From NCBI GenBank assembly GCA_964106645.2, contig OZ067044.1: a stretch of 64,000 bases of DNA. One strand, given 5' to 3'. The notes below the pieces were generated by a model. The model saw only the letters and a list, made by a program, of their open reading frames with translations. It had not been told where the DNA came from and did no database searches. Shown piece after piece: positions 35,746-47,107 of this stretch. The DNA is from Podarcis pityusensis. Lineage: Eukaryota. Numbering within the stretch: the first letter of the stretch is position 1; every line of letters starts with the position of its first letter. The position numbers and the translations under genes were made by a program.

Positions 35746-38700
35746 GGAAACCTGACTCATATATGTAGCTGGAAGCTGCACAGAATACCATTTTGTTCAG
35801 TATATGTGATCAGACTTTTGATCTCTTTCCCCAAACAATTGTGTTCTTGAAGATTGCTTCATACTCTTCCCTTCATAATGCCAAACGGGCACAACTCTTG
35901 TATGTTGGAAGACCAGATTTCAGAAGCAGATTTGACATTTGTTACTTTCAGGCAGAAACACGGGGATAGTTTTGCCTCGCAGCCAATGAATGCAGATGTA
36001 TGGGACAGTGAATCCAAAAATGATGTTGGGTGGCTGCAAAAATGAGAGAGATAAAGGTCAATATTAGCAACTTGAATAAAAGAAACAAGCTACATTAATG
36101 AGCATGAATTGGAATGCCCAGTTCTCTTCAGAATGGCTGCACTGAGTACATCCACCAGGATTAACATTGTAAGGAATCCAGGCTGGGAATAATGGCTTCT
36201 CATGATTTCCCTCCCTTTTCCTGTATATATGAGCTTGTATTTCAGCACAGATTGCCAGCATATATAACACCAGCTGGTTTTCACCGTGGAGGAAAAATAA
36301 CAATAATGAAATACAAGTGGCAATTATTTATATTAATAGACTAAGGAGTGTAGAACAACCATAGCAACAAATGTGTGGGACTTTCGTTTTGACTTTTAAT
36401 CAACATTTAGAATTATTAAACTATCAATGGGACATGATAGCAGCTTCTCTCAGCCAACACAGCACACACACCCCAACGCAACCCGGGTCCAGGTCTCCTA
36501 ACTCCTGCATGCTGGTTCTCCCCCCCCCCAAAAAAATAAAATAAAATAATGGCTATTACCTGGCAGCTTGAGGGAGTATACACACACCATCCCCTGACTG
36601 CCCTGGATGTTTTTGAGGTAACGGCCAACAATATGTCAAAACAACTGTAAAATCATGATTTTACATGCAAAAGCTCTGAGGTCCAATCCCTAGGATCTCT
36701 AGTTAAAAGGATTGGATACAATGGTTTCGGCTTTTTGGAAAAATATCCAGTCATCCTTTTGTGTTATATACTGACAGCAGATATGTCTCATCTACATTTT
36801 AGGGGTGATATTCAGCTGTGGTGTTCTGCTTGTGCAACAGATTTATCCTTGGGTCCAGTCAGTTTCCACACATGGAATTGTGAGGTGGTGCTATCTTGTC
36901 CTTCACCGCAGGCAGGGAAATGTCTTGGGCAGGCCCTGACTTGGGCTGCGAGATACTGACTTGCCCATACTTTTCTCACAGGATTATTATGAGAAGAATG
37001 TTGCAGGTTGGGGGTGGAGCCTTGAGCTCTTGAGAGGAAAGGCGGAATAATAATGTAATAAATAAATGCATTTTATGATAGCTGTTATTTACAATTGCAC
37101 GCTTAAAAGCAGCAGCACACAGCTACTTCTGATGAACTAATTCTGGCTAATATTTCTATTAGACAAGAGTTGTGCAGTATTATCTGAAGGACAGGTAAAG
37201 GAGCTAGCAGAATGATGCCCAAAAAATTGGCACGGTGGAATGTGGACCACACCCGGCCTCTCCGAAATTCCCCATCCTAATTTGCCTCTTAGAAGCAGGT
37301 ACCTGCTCCTTCATGAAAGGCTTTCTTCAGAATGAGTCATGGTAAAGTTCAACCTAAAGGAAGGGTGAGAAATGTTTATTTTGGGTTGAGCAGTGACAGC
37401 TTACCAAGGTTGCAATATTTGTTTCCTGATGGATTTTATAAACAAGAATGGCTAACCTAAACATTACTCATTTAATAGTAGTTCTGAAGATCCTGCGTCT
37501 TAATGTGTTGCAATTTTGAATGGTTGAAAGTTCAACCTCCTGAGAAGTATTGTGGTTCAAGTCCCTTTGAGATGATGCTCACAAACACTCTGCCCAATGG
37601 TAAAAAAATCAGGTAAAAAAATATTCAAAGCAGGGCCAGGATAAATCCCTCAAGGATGGTTTTGGTCTATTATCGGTCTGTATCATTTTTGCATGTGTCG
37701 TCTTAAGTTTTGTTCTGTCCCAGTTACACACAAGCCTTACTTTTTCTCTAAAAATGTCTGCATGAAAGTTTATATTTAGCTACCTATTTTGAATATACTT
37801 TCTCTCGAAATACACATGTTGAAATGTGATTTTAAATGATGTCAGTTGAAATTCTTTTTGCCAAAAGGCGCATTACAAAATTCAAGAAGTAGGAATCCTA
37901 AGGATAACTACATTCTTAGTCAGCACCTCTTGGACTAATATCTGTGTAAGTCAGTTTATATTGCAATTTACCAACATTGGGTTTCTTGCTAGTTAAGCAA
38001 TTGCCTGTTAAACCACTATCAACACTGATAAAACACATACTGTGTTCAGTATGGATGGGCAGAGGCTTGCACCCAAGTGGTCTCCCGCTACGCAGGCTTC
38101 TCTTCAGATCTTCATGTGTGATTAGCACAAAGGCCTGAAGAATATTTTTAGAATGTTCGAGTTCCCAAAGAAAATCTATCCTATTCACATATAAATGTAT
38201 TTTCCATTCCCTAAAATTCTAAACACCAGAATGCAGGCAATAAACATCTGTGTAATAGTTCTGCTTGTGGTCACATTAATTCATTCACAAAACTACAGAC
38301 AATTGCTACTTGGATAATACATTGTTGACACTGGCTTGTGCCCCTACAATTGTCTGCTCTTATAAAATATATTCTGTGGAGATTCAGTTGTCTTTGGATC
38401 AGTATTTATTGTCGCATGGCTACAAAAGTGCTTGTAATTTATTTTAAGTAAACAATATTTATGTGTTAAAAACGAAGAAAACACAATGTGTTTTTCTACA
38501 AAGAAAAGGTTTGGATTGCAGCTTTTGCAAACCAACAACATGATCCAGTCCAAAGTTAAGCACATTTGGACTCAGTTTTTATGGCAAAGTTAAGTATGTT
38601 CTTAACTTTCAAAATAATAATGTGTAACTTTGGCTAGGTTGCTTCCTGAATGACTTTCCATAAAATGACTTAATGCAAGATATTTGACGTGAAGCTTATA

Positions 38701-39149
38701 TCTTAGAAATGTACGGATCTAGTATGTTCTCATGTGTTTGCTCTTCCTGCATTAGTTTTTAGAGACCTGAATCTGTTCATGTGACCAAACAGGGTGAACT
38801 GAACATATATAGGAGGAAGTGGGAAGACAGGCACACTCCAGCCCCAACACTTCTGTTGTATCTTCTGCACATAACCTAAGCTCTGTGGCTTAGGGGCTGC
38901 TGATGCAATCCCCCTTCCCTTCCATTCCCTTCCCTTCTCTTCCTCCCTATGCCTTCCTCACAACTAACCTGTGAGGTAGGCTAGACTGAAAGACAGTAGC
39001 TGCCCGAAGGTCTCTCAGTAAGCTTCATGAGTTGGGATTTGAACCCAGGTCTCCTAGTCCAACACCCTGACCACTGCACCACACTGGCCTTCAACAAACT
39101 TGCCCATACTGGGCAGGAACTTGTACACTATGCAGCATGACTGTGGAAG

Positions 39150-39755
39150 TGCATGGAATCAATGAGTTGGAAGAGACCTCAAAAGTCATCTAGCCAATGC
39201 AGGAATTTTGCTGGCCATCTAGCTTCTGCTTAAAAACCGTCATCACCTTCTAAGACCGTCTGTTCCACAGTTAATCAGCTTGTGCCATCAGGACGTTCTT
39301 CCTAATTAATGTTTGTTCTAAATAAACTACCTTGTAATTTGCACCCCTTGATTCAGGTTTTACTCTGGAGCAACAAAAGGCTAATGTGTGCCATCATCTA
39401 TGTGACAGCCATATTGTATTGTGTCTTCTCAAGTGTCTAAATGCAGTGGTACCTCAGGTTAAGTACTTAATTCGTTCCGGAGGTCCGTACTTAACCTGAA
39501 ACTGTTCTTAACCTGAAGCACCACTTTAGCTAATGGGGCCTCCTGCTGCTGCCGCGCCGCTGGAGCACAATTTCTGTTCTCATCCTGAAGCAAAGTTCTT
39601 AACCTGAAGCACTGTTTCTGGGTTAGCGGAGTCTGTAACCTGAAGCGTATGTAACCTGAAGCGTATTTAACCTGAGGTACCACTGTATACCCAACTCATT
39701 CAACCTTTTCTCATAGGACTTGGTCACTAGGCCCTTCTCCATCTTTGTCACTCTT
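39150..39755 (-). mobile_element. Old CR1 3' fragment, split by the MITE
   Basis: gagttggaagagacctc...caggacgttcttcctaat...tctggagcaacaaaa...[MITE]...ctcataggactttggtcactaggcccttc is colinear with 6180-6600. Confidence 0.7.
39444..39685 (+). mobile_element. Tigger-like MITE family A, inserted into an old CR1
   Basis: TIR cagtggtacctcaggttaa / ttaacctgaggtaccactg; right flank TA, left flank TG. Confidence 0.92.
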
Positions 39756-41819
39756 TTACTCATATATGACACTTCTGAAGAGGACCTATACTGCAGCCAA
39801 ACAGGACAAAAAACAAGTTTAACCTCATCCCTAAAGATACCTCTGTTTCACCTCTTTACATTGTCTAATAAAAATGAATGGTTGTCATTAATTTCTTCTG
39901 TGGGGCATGTGTTAAAAGTAAAAGCATTGCAGTAGGACAGTTGTAGTGAGAGAGTATTGTGTCACTCACATCTGATGCCCAGGGCCCTATACCTTTTTGA
40001 AAGGGATCCTGCAAAAGCAAACAATATGTTTTTGTGTAGAGGAAGTGTGCAATGAAAAAGCCAAGCATGTGTGTGCATGTACATGCATACACACAAACAC
40101 ACATGCACCCCTCCACAATGGTGGAGCAACTTTACCTGTGACTTAGGCCTACTAAACGGGAGGTACTTCTAAGTAAATATCCATGTTGTAAATGTATAAT
40201 TGGAAGTTCAAAGATACTTAAAATGCCTTATAAAAATGAACGGAGGGACCCTGTAAATTTAAAACCTGGCTTCTCTCCATGGGACTTACTCATGTTTAAA
40301 ATGCTTGGTCTTTTCAGAAGCAATGGAATAGGTTTGTGTGATCTGGATATTGGATGTTCCCCTGGGTTTTTAACGGCTGAACACTCAGCTTCAGACTTTT
40401 AAAGTGGAGTGGGAAGAAGTTAATTAATTATATTAAACAAATACACATAACGGTAAAGGTCTTTAAGTATCTAATCTAGAGATGCATAATAGCTGTGGTA
40501 CATCTTGTCAGATCCATTGCTGTTAGGTTCAGAATATAAAATTGACACCTATACCTCTATTTATTTATTTATTTATTATTATCATTATTATTTGACAATG
40601 TTAAATAAGCAACCCCTCAGACCTCTTGCTGAGAAGTACAACCTGAGTAATTGGACGTGTCACTAGGGAGTATGCTTGGATAAGCTGATTCCTATTATGT
40701 TGACTTGTCAGGGACCAATAATTAAGGCTGAAGAGGGATGCTCATTAGTGTCTACAAAATGATTCAAAGACTATGAGGGAGAAGTCCTTGAGGCACACCT
40801 GCAAAAAGACTGGGATTGCAAGCTGTAGAAATGAGGGGGGTGGGAGAAAGAGGAGCAAAATAATTCTCTAGTTTTTCTGCAGCGCCAGCACTTGCAAAGA
40901 AACAGAAGAGCGACAGTCAAGTACAGTAAATACATTCTTCTCTCCAAATTGTATTTTATAGACATAGATTAGGCGTCTTCTTTGCAATATAATTTTATTG
41001 TTACATGGCAGTGTTTTGGCAAACAAACAGCAGAGCTGCTATGCAAACCTTCATTTTCTCCTCTTAGACCTGACTAATCATTTTAAATCATTTTGCTGGA
41101 AGCATCATAATATTAGTAATCTGTTCTATTTCTTTGAACTCTCAAGGGTATGCTTGTATAACGTCAATGAGTTTCGGCGTCTTTGATGATAAATTAGTAT
41201 ATATTTTTCACACTTCATTCCCACCCATCTTCTTAAAAAAGAAAAAAAGAAGAAAGAAATTTAAAAAAAACCAACCTCCATTGCTTCCAAAACCACATCT
41301 ACCACAGTAGCACATTTGTATTGGGAGAGAAATAGTTCAGAAAGTGAAAAATGGGATATCCAAATAACAGTGTCAGTCAAGGAGTAGCATTTTATTCTCA
41401 CATAGGCGAGAGTGACCTGGTTTCTAAAGAATGCTGAGTCAAACCATGGCATGAACATTTGGGTTTCCAGAGAGGAGAGGTCACAACCACCTTGCTGCTC
41501 CTCTGGTCCCCATGTTGATGTGAACTAAGCCATGGTTTGCCTTCATGTGTCATCTGAAGCCAGGCTTGCAGTTTGTCTCACTCCAGGAAAGCAAAGGTTT
41601 GTTCTTGGCTTACAGTTCAAGGAATTTTCTGGAGGAAGAAAACCACGAGCTTGGATTTGGATGGTGCACTAAGCCAAATCATGGTTTAATTCACAGCAGG
41701 GACAAGAGGAGGAGCAAAATTGCCATATCTCCTCTCTGGGAGCCAGCACCCTTGTGCATTTGCCCCGAGCCATGGTTTGAAGAAGCATTATGTGTGAACT
41801 GAGCAGAGAAAGAGAGAGG

Positions 41820-41990
41820 CAAAGATCACCTCAGACGGTCCACTTTCAGGTCCCAGGGTACATGAGGCAACCACCTTGCTGAAGCTAAGCAGGTCTGGGC
41901 AGTTCCTGGATGGATGACTACTTGGGAGGCGTGTATACAACTCCCTGGGTTCTGTAATGAAAGAAAGGTGGGGCATTACTGTAAGAAAAT
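41820..41990 (+). mobile_element. Degraded 5S rRNA-derived SINE
   Basis: gaagctaagcaggtctgggcagttcctggatggatgactacttggga resembles the 5S internal control region, followed by an L2-like end (gaaagaaaggtggggcattactgtaa). Confidence 0.6.
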
Positions 41991-44185
41991 ATTGTTTTTT
42001 AAAAGATAATAATAATTGTACACTTTAGCTATATAGGTGGTGGCTGTAATTCTTTGCTCAGTTCTTACTGTTTCCCTGTCCCCCCCCCCCCTTCTTTACC
42101 TGCATAAAATGACATCGCAATCTTAATGCACGTCATAGTTATCTGGAGAAAATGCTAATTCTGACTAGTGCCCCCCCAAAACATATGAATCCCTCAAGCT
42201 ATCTAGAAATGCAGACAGAAGCATTTCTCAAAGATAACCTCCATGAAGCTGATTATGAAAGAGCAACCTGTAACGGGCAAACTAAGGTGTGTCAGGTTTC
42301 TCTGTGTGATAATGGGAATGTTTTCCATTTAGATTATCATAGTGTTTATGACAGTTTTATTCTATAGATGTGGGTGCACCAGATAGGAATCTTCTGGAGA
42401 GGTTGTTCCCTGTAACCCCGGGCACCAAGGTTTCCAAACTTCATTATTTACCAAGCTGAATTCATGAAATGGTTTCCTCCATAGAATTGTTTTTGTAGCT
42501 AATCTCTTTGATGCATCTACTGGGAAACATTTATGTAGACATTGAGCATCCATATCCACATGACCACCAAGAAAGCCCTGTACCGTGTCACTGTCCTACT
42601 GTCAATCTGTTATGTAGTGTAGCATGTCCATAGTGGCATTTGTGCATCATTCACATGCTGAATTTTCATTCTGTCATTAAGAACAACTTTCTGCCTCTGA
42701 CAAAGGTGGCAACAGGAATGAAGTCATCAGCATGCTATAATAATTTGCCTCTGGAAAACCAAAATACAAAGATTTTTACCTAGAAAGAGATGCCACTTCA
42801 ACAGTATGTATATAGATGCTATCCATGTGTTCCCTTTTCATTTGATACAATGCTTGGGTTTATGTTAGCAAAGAAACCACATTGTTAGCATTAGAGCACT
42901 CATGAGCAGAGAGAAGACCTCTGAAGCATGCATTTGATGATTGCTCCCATAAAACTGTTGCAATAGGGGGAAAATGTGGAAAACCTTTATTCTTACCAAG
43001 CCATTTTGCATACCCCAGTTGTACTTAATCTTGTGTGTGGTTCAGAGTGCACACATGAGGATAATAGTATCCTATAAGTGGCATTCTTCAAATAGATTTA
43101 TTGAAGTCTATGCTAATTCAGAAGATTGTAAATTATCCCCAGGACTGGCATGGTTTAATTAAGATTCCCATTATATATGTTCTTGGCACATCTTGCCTGG
43201 AAGAATTCTTTTCTAAAGTGCTGATAGCACTCATGGCACAGTGGTTTACTGAGAAGAAAAAGAGGAAGGTCACATCAAAGAGGGCAAAGCCAGAAAAATA
43301 TATTGGGCTTCAATAGAGATTGCAGAACCACAAAGTAGTGCAGACTTTGACAAATTGAGATTGCACTTCAAAATGCTCCAATTGTGGTCCCATGTATTCC
43401 ATGAATGCGTAGTCCTCCCAGAGCATGCATAGACCTCACACCAGAACTCTTAAAGCAATAGTACTGTACCTAAAATGTATATCTATTAAGCATGTACCAG
43501 CCCTGACTCCCTGAATTTGACAATCGAGGCAATGCAAGCAGCTCTGCATATGTGACCGATGGCTATTGCTAGATGTAGCATTGATTACAAAACCAAAGTT
43601 CAGGAAGGGGCAATGAGGCTGATAATTTTAAATTACATTTTATTTTGATCAACGGGTCAGTAGTTAATCTTATCTGGTGAATCTTGGGGATTGTTCACTG
43701 TGGTGATGTCATCTAAGTTCCTATTTCCGTTTGAAAAATTCCATGAGTTGTCATATCCAGTAGTTGCAATACTAGTGGCGCACTTAGAAAGTGTATTTTC
43801 ATAACCAAATAATTTGTTTAAATGGCTGTACTTTTAGTTCAAATCTGAAACTAAGGTGGCCAGATGTTGTTGGACTCCAAATCTCATCAACCAAGCAAGG
43901 ATGATGGTTAGGGAAGAGTGGAGCTATAGTTTCAACATCTGGAAGGTGCCTCAGTTTCCACCACCTTCCTGGGAAGATAATCTCAATCAAAATGAACATG
44001 ATGACATCACAACAATATGTAGGCAATGAAGTATGGTTACGTGAAAACAAGCTAAAGCTAATTCAGAAAATCCTTCTTGGATCTGTGAAATATCACCTAA
44101 AAAGATGAGTTGCCCTTGTTAATCCCAAAATATTATTTATAATTAAGAAACTGTAGAATTGAGGTTTCACGTTTGGCTCACTCCT

Positions 44186-44350
44186 AAGAACATAAGAAGA
44201 GCCCTGCTAGATCAGGCCATAGTTTCATCTAGTTCAGCACTGCCAGAGCAGCCAACTAGGTGTTCATGGAAAGCCCACAAGTGAGGCAAGATCATGATAA
44301 CATCACTCATTTTCTTCAGCAACTGGTATTCAGAGGCATTCTGCCTCCAG
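44186..44350 (-). mobile_element. Old CR1-type LINE 3' fragment
   Basis: aagaacataagaagagccctgctagatcaggcc...cagcaactggtattcagaggc. Related relics at about 31935-32030, 57670-57860 and 28300-28750. Confidence 0.55.
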
Positions 44351-45319
44351 TTATCTTGCAATTTTGAGTTCCCCAGTTTAATTGTATACTGTGTGCATAA
44401 GTGCCTCCATTTGTCTGATCTGACTTGGTCAACTAGTCCTACAAGGAGTTAAAAGGAATAGCTTCTTATAGCCCACTGGTTATTACTGATCTTGTATTGT
44501 GATCTCTGCGATTGTAATGCCTACAAGTGAGGATGTGCCTTTTATATGTACCAGTCATACACTTTTTGTGTGTTTCCTTCTGTGTATTAAGTAGATCTCT
44601 GTTTCTCCTGATTCCCTTGCCTGGAATTATCTGCACAACTGGAGGAGAAACAAATGCTGCTGCTGATATATTGCAAAGGTGTTTGCTTCTCTTTAGCTCT
44701 AGGTTTCTGCTGTTTTTAACCTTTTAGGATTTAGTGACCATCAACATTGCCCAATAGAGCCCATGAAAGAGTCACTTATCCAACAAGAGCAGCATTTTGA
44801 TACATAAAGATCAGAGTCGTTGCTTATTTGTGGTCTTAGCCAAGACCAGCTATTGTATGAAAGGGTAAGAAAGAACAATCCGTTATTCTAAAATAAAATA
44901 AGGAACTGAGCTTTCTTCAACTTCAAAGCAAAGTTCAGTTCTGGTTTCAGTTGAGGCTTTAGTTAATAGTTTATCCAAAGCAGATTTTCTATCCCAGACT
45001 CTTAACTAAATTAAAAGATTCAGTTTCAAGCTATTTCATGTATTCTTTACTGCGCATTTGATTTGGATTGATCTTTTTTTCAGAAAAATAATAACCTTCA
45101 GTACTATCACTGCGCATCACAACAAACGTTTGTGCAGTCTTGCCACATCGTTACTACGCAGATGGAAAAAACTAAGGGTTTGAGTACAAATTACATGCCA
45201 ATATTACATGTTTTTAACTCCATGGATAGTCCAGAATAGGAAAAAGAGTGGGTTAAGGACTCTGCACTCCACCACTTACGTATATAAAAAAAATCCCCAC
45301 TTTTGAAGCAGTTATATAA

Positions 45320-45511
45320 CTTTCTTCCAAGGAGCTCAAGGGTGACATGCATAGTTTTCCCCATTTTATCTTCACAACCACCCTGTGAGGTAGGTTAGGC
45401 TGAGAGTCAGTGACAGGCCCAAGGTCACTCAGTGAACTTTGTGACTGTATGGGAATTTGAACCCTGTTCTCCCAGATCCTAGTCCAACACTCCAACCACT
45501 ATACCACACTA
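45320..45511 (-). mobile_element. Old MIR/CORE-type SINE
   Basis: cacaaccaccctgtgaggtaggttaggctgagagtcagtgacaggcccaaggtcactcagtg...gggaatttgaaccc...aaccactataccacact. Related copies at about 38955-39088 (-), 25825-25985 (+), 36940-37065 (+) and 60860-60945 (-). Confidence 0.75.
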
Positions 45512-46777
45512 GATGGGTAAATAGACAGCACAGTAAATCTGAAGATCACCATTTCTATGATTGCATGTCTGTAAAAAAAAAAAAAAAGGCAGATCAATGT
45601 TTAAAGAAACTGGAAAGAAGTATGCTTATTTTCTTCTCTTTTGTAATTGGTTCGAGGTTAAGCTTTCCTTCTTTTACTTCCCGTAGGCATAGCAGATTGC
45701 TTATATTTTCGTGTGGTGAAACCCTGGTTTCTATTCCTATGCACAAAGGGCTGTGTTTTGCTCATTTTGAAAGATTTGGTGGGGAGGGGGAGAGAAAGAC
45801 AGAGAGGACGCATTGCTGGAAGAGAGAGCTAATTAATTGCTGGTTAACCAGATGTTTATCATGTAAGGGGTTTTCCACTACATATCAGAAGAGGGCTGTA
45901 AACTCCCTGCAGGTCGATGGGCTCTCATTTACAAATTGTGAATTTTCCCACAGGACTAAAAAGCTGTTTTTGAGGTATTGCTATTCCAGCTGACTTCAGT
46001 ACAATTGGCTTAGCCTCATGCTATCATCACAACCACCAATGGCACTGCATGAATTTAGAATAGCCCTGGGATAAGTAGGTAAAATAAATATTGCTAGGAA
46101 CCTACATAGGAATTGAAAGCAAATGCTGGGGAGGGAATCATGCCTTTGCGTTTTTGTTCAAAAGTGCTTCATCTTTAAACAACAACGGTAATGATAGTGA
46201 TTAGTTAACAGTAGCACAGAAAACGTGCATTTAAAATTAACCTGACAGGGCATTTTGGTGTCACCCTGACTGATATGTACACAGTCCATTCTTTTAAAAT
46301 TCAAGGGAGCTTATTTGAATTGTAAATTTGCAGTGTATTCACGTCCAGGTCTTATTGTGTGGTAGTGTGACAAATTACAAATGGAATATTGGCTGAGCTT
46401 CCCTCTCTTGAATTCCTTCTCTCCTCCTGCCCCTTCTTCTTTTCTGGTTTCTGCAGCTATTATCATTAATCTGTTTTGCAGAAGCTCTATAGAGGATGGT
46501 TCTGGACATGGAAAGTACATTAAGTTTCATTGTTGGCTTTAGCAGAACTCTGTGTGGCTTCCTTGACCTGTGACTTCTCTTATTGGTTGTAATTCAGTAC
46601 AGTTGCTACTAGTTTTGTGCCCTGCTGTGTGTAGACTTAAGATCCCAGCATAGTTCAGGCCTGACAGCTCATTTCATAAGATGTTAGCTTACAGAAGTTT
46701 GGCTGAATTGGGTGAAAACTATACCTTGAAGATGTTGGGCGGAATATGTTGTTGTTGTTGTTTATATACACTTACCT

Positions 46778-47107
46778 GGGTGGCGCTGTGGGTTAAACCA
46801 CAGAGCCTAGGACTTGCCGATCAGAAGGTCAGCGGTTCGAATCCCCGCGACAAGGTGAGCTCCCATTGCTTGTTCCCTGTTCCTGCCAACCTAGCAGTTC
46901 GAAAGCACATCAAAGTGCAAGTAGATAAATAGGTACTGTTCCGGTGGGAAGGTAAACAGCGCTTCCGTGTGCTGCTGTGGTTCGCCAGAAGCGGCTTAGT
47001 CATGCTGGCCACATGACCCAGAAACTGTACGGCGGCTCCCTCAGCCAATAAAGCGAGATGAGCACCGCAACCCCAGAGTTGGTCAGGGGTCCCTTTACCT
47101 TTTACCT
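46778..47107 (+). mobile_element. Sauria SINE, near full length
   Basis: tRNA-like head and body, ending in ggggtccctttaccttttacct. Flanked by the direct repeat ttacctgggtgg (46772-46783 / 47102-47113). Confidence 0.93.

Noticed and set aside
37129-37165. CTGATGA as a hammerhead core
   Set aside because: No stem II and no downstream GAAA; chance match.
41430-41800. Repeated aaccatggtt-type palindromes (also 1390-1560, 13500-13600, 56270-56400)
   Set aside because: Probably remnants of an old DNA-transposon family; I could not define ends or TSDs, so they are not listed as features.
41878-41930. 5S rRNA gene
   Set aside because: Partial and diverged, and embedded in a retroposon-like sequence.
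45457-45993. 178-aa ORF
   Set aside because: Begins in a SINE at a non-ATG codon, crosses a poly-A run, and has no recognisable domain.
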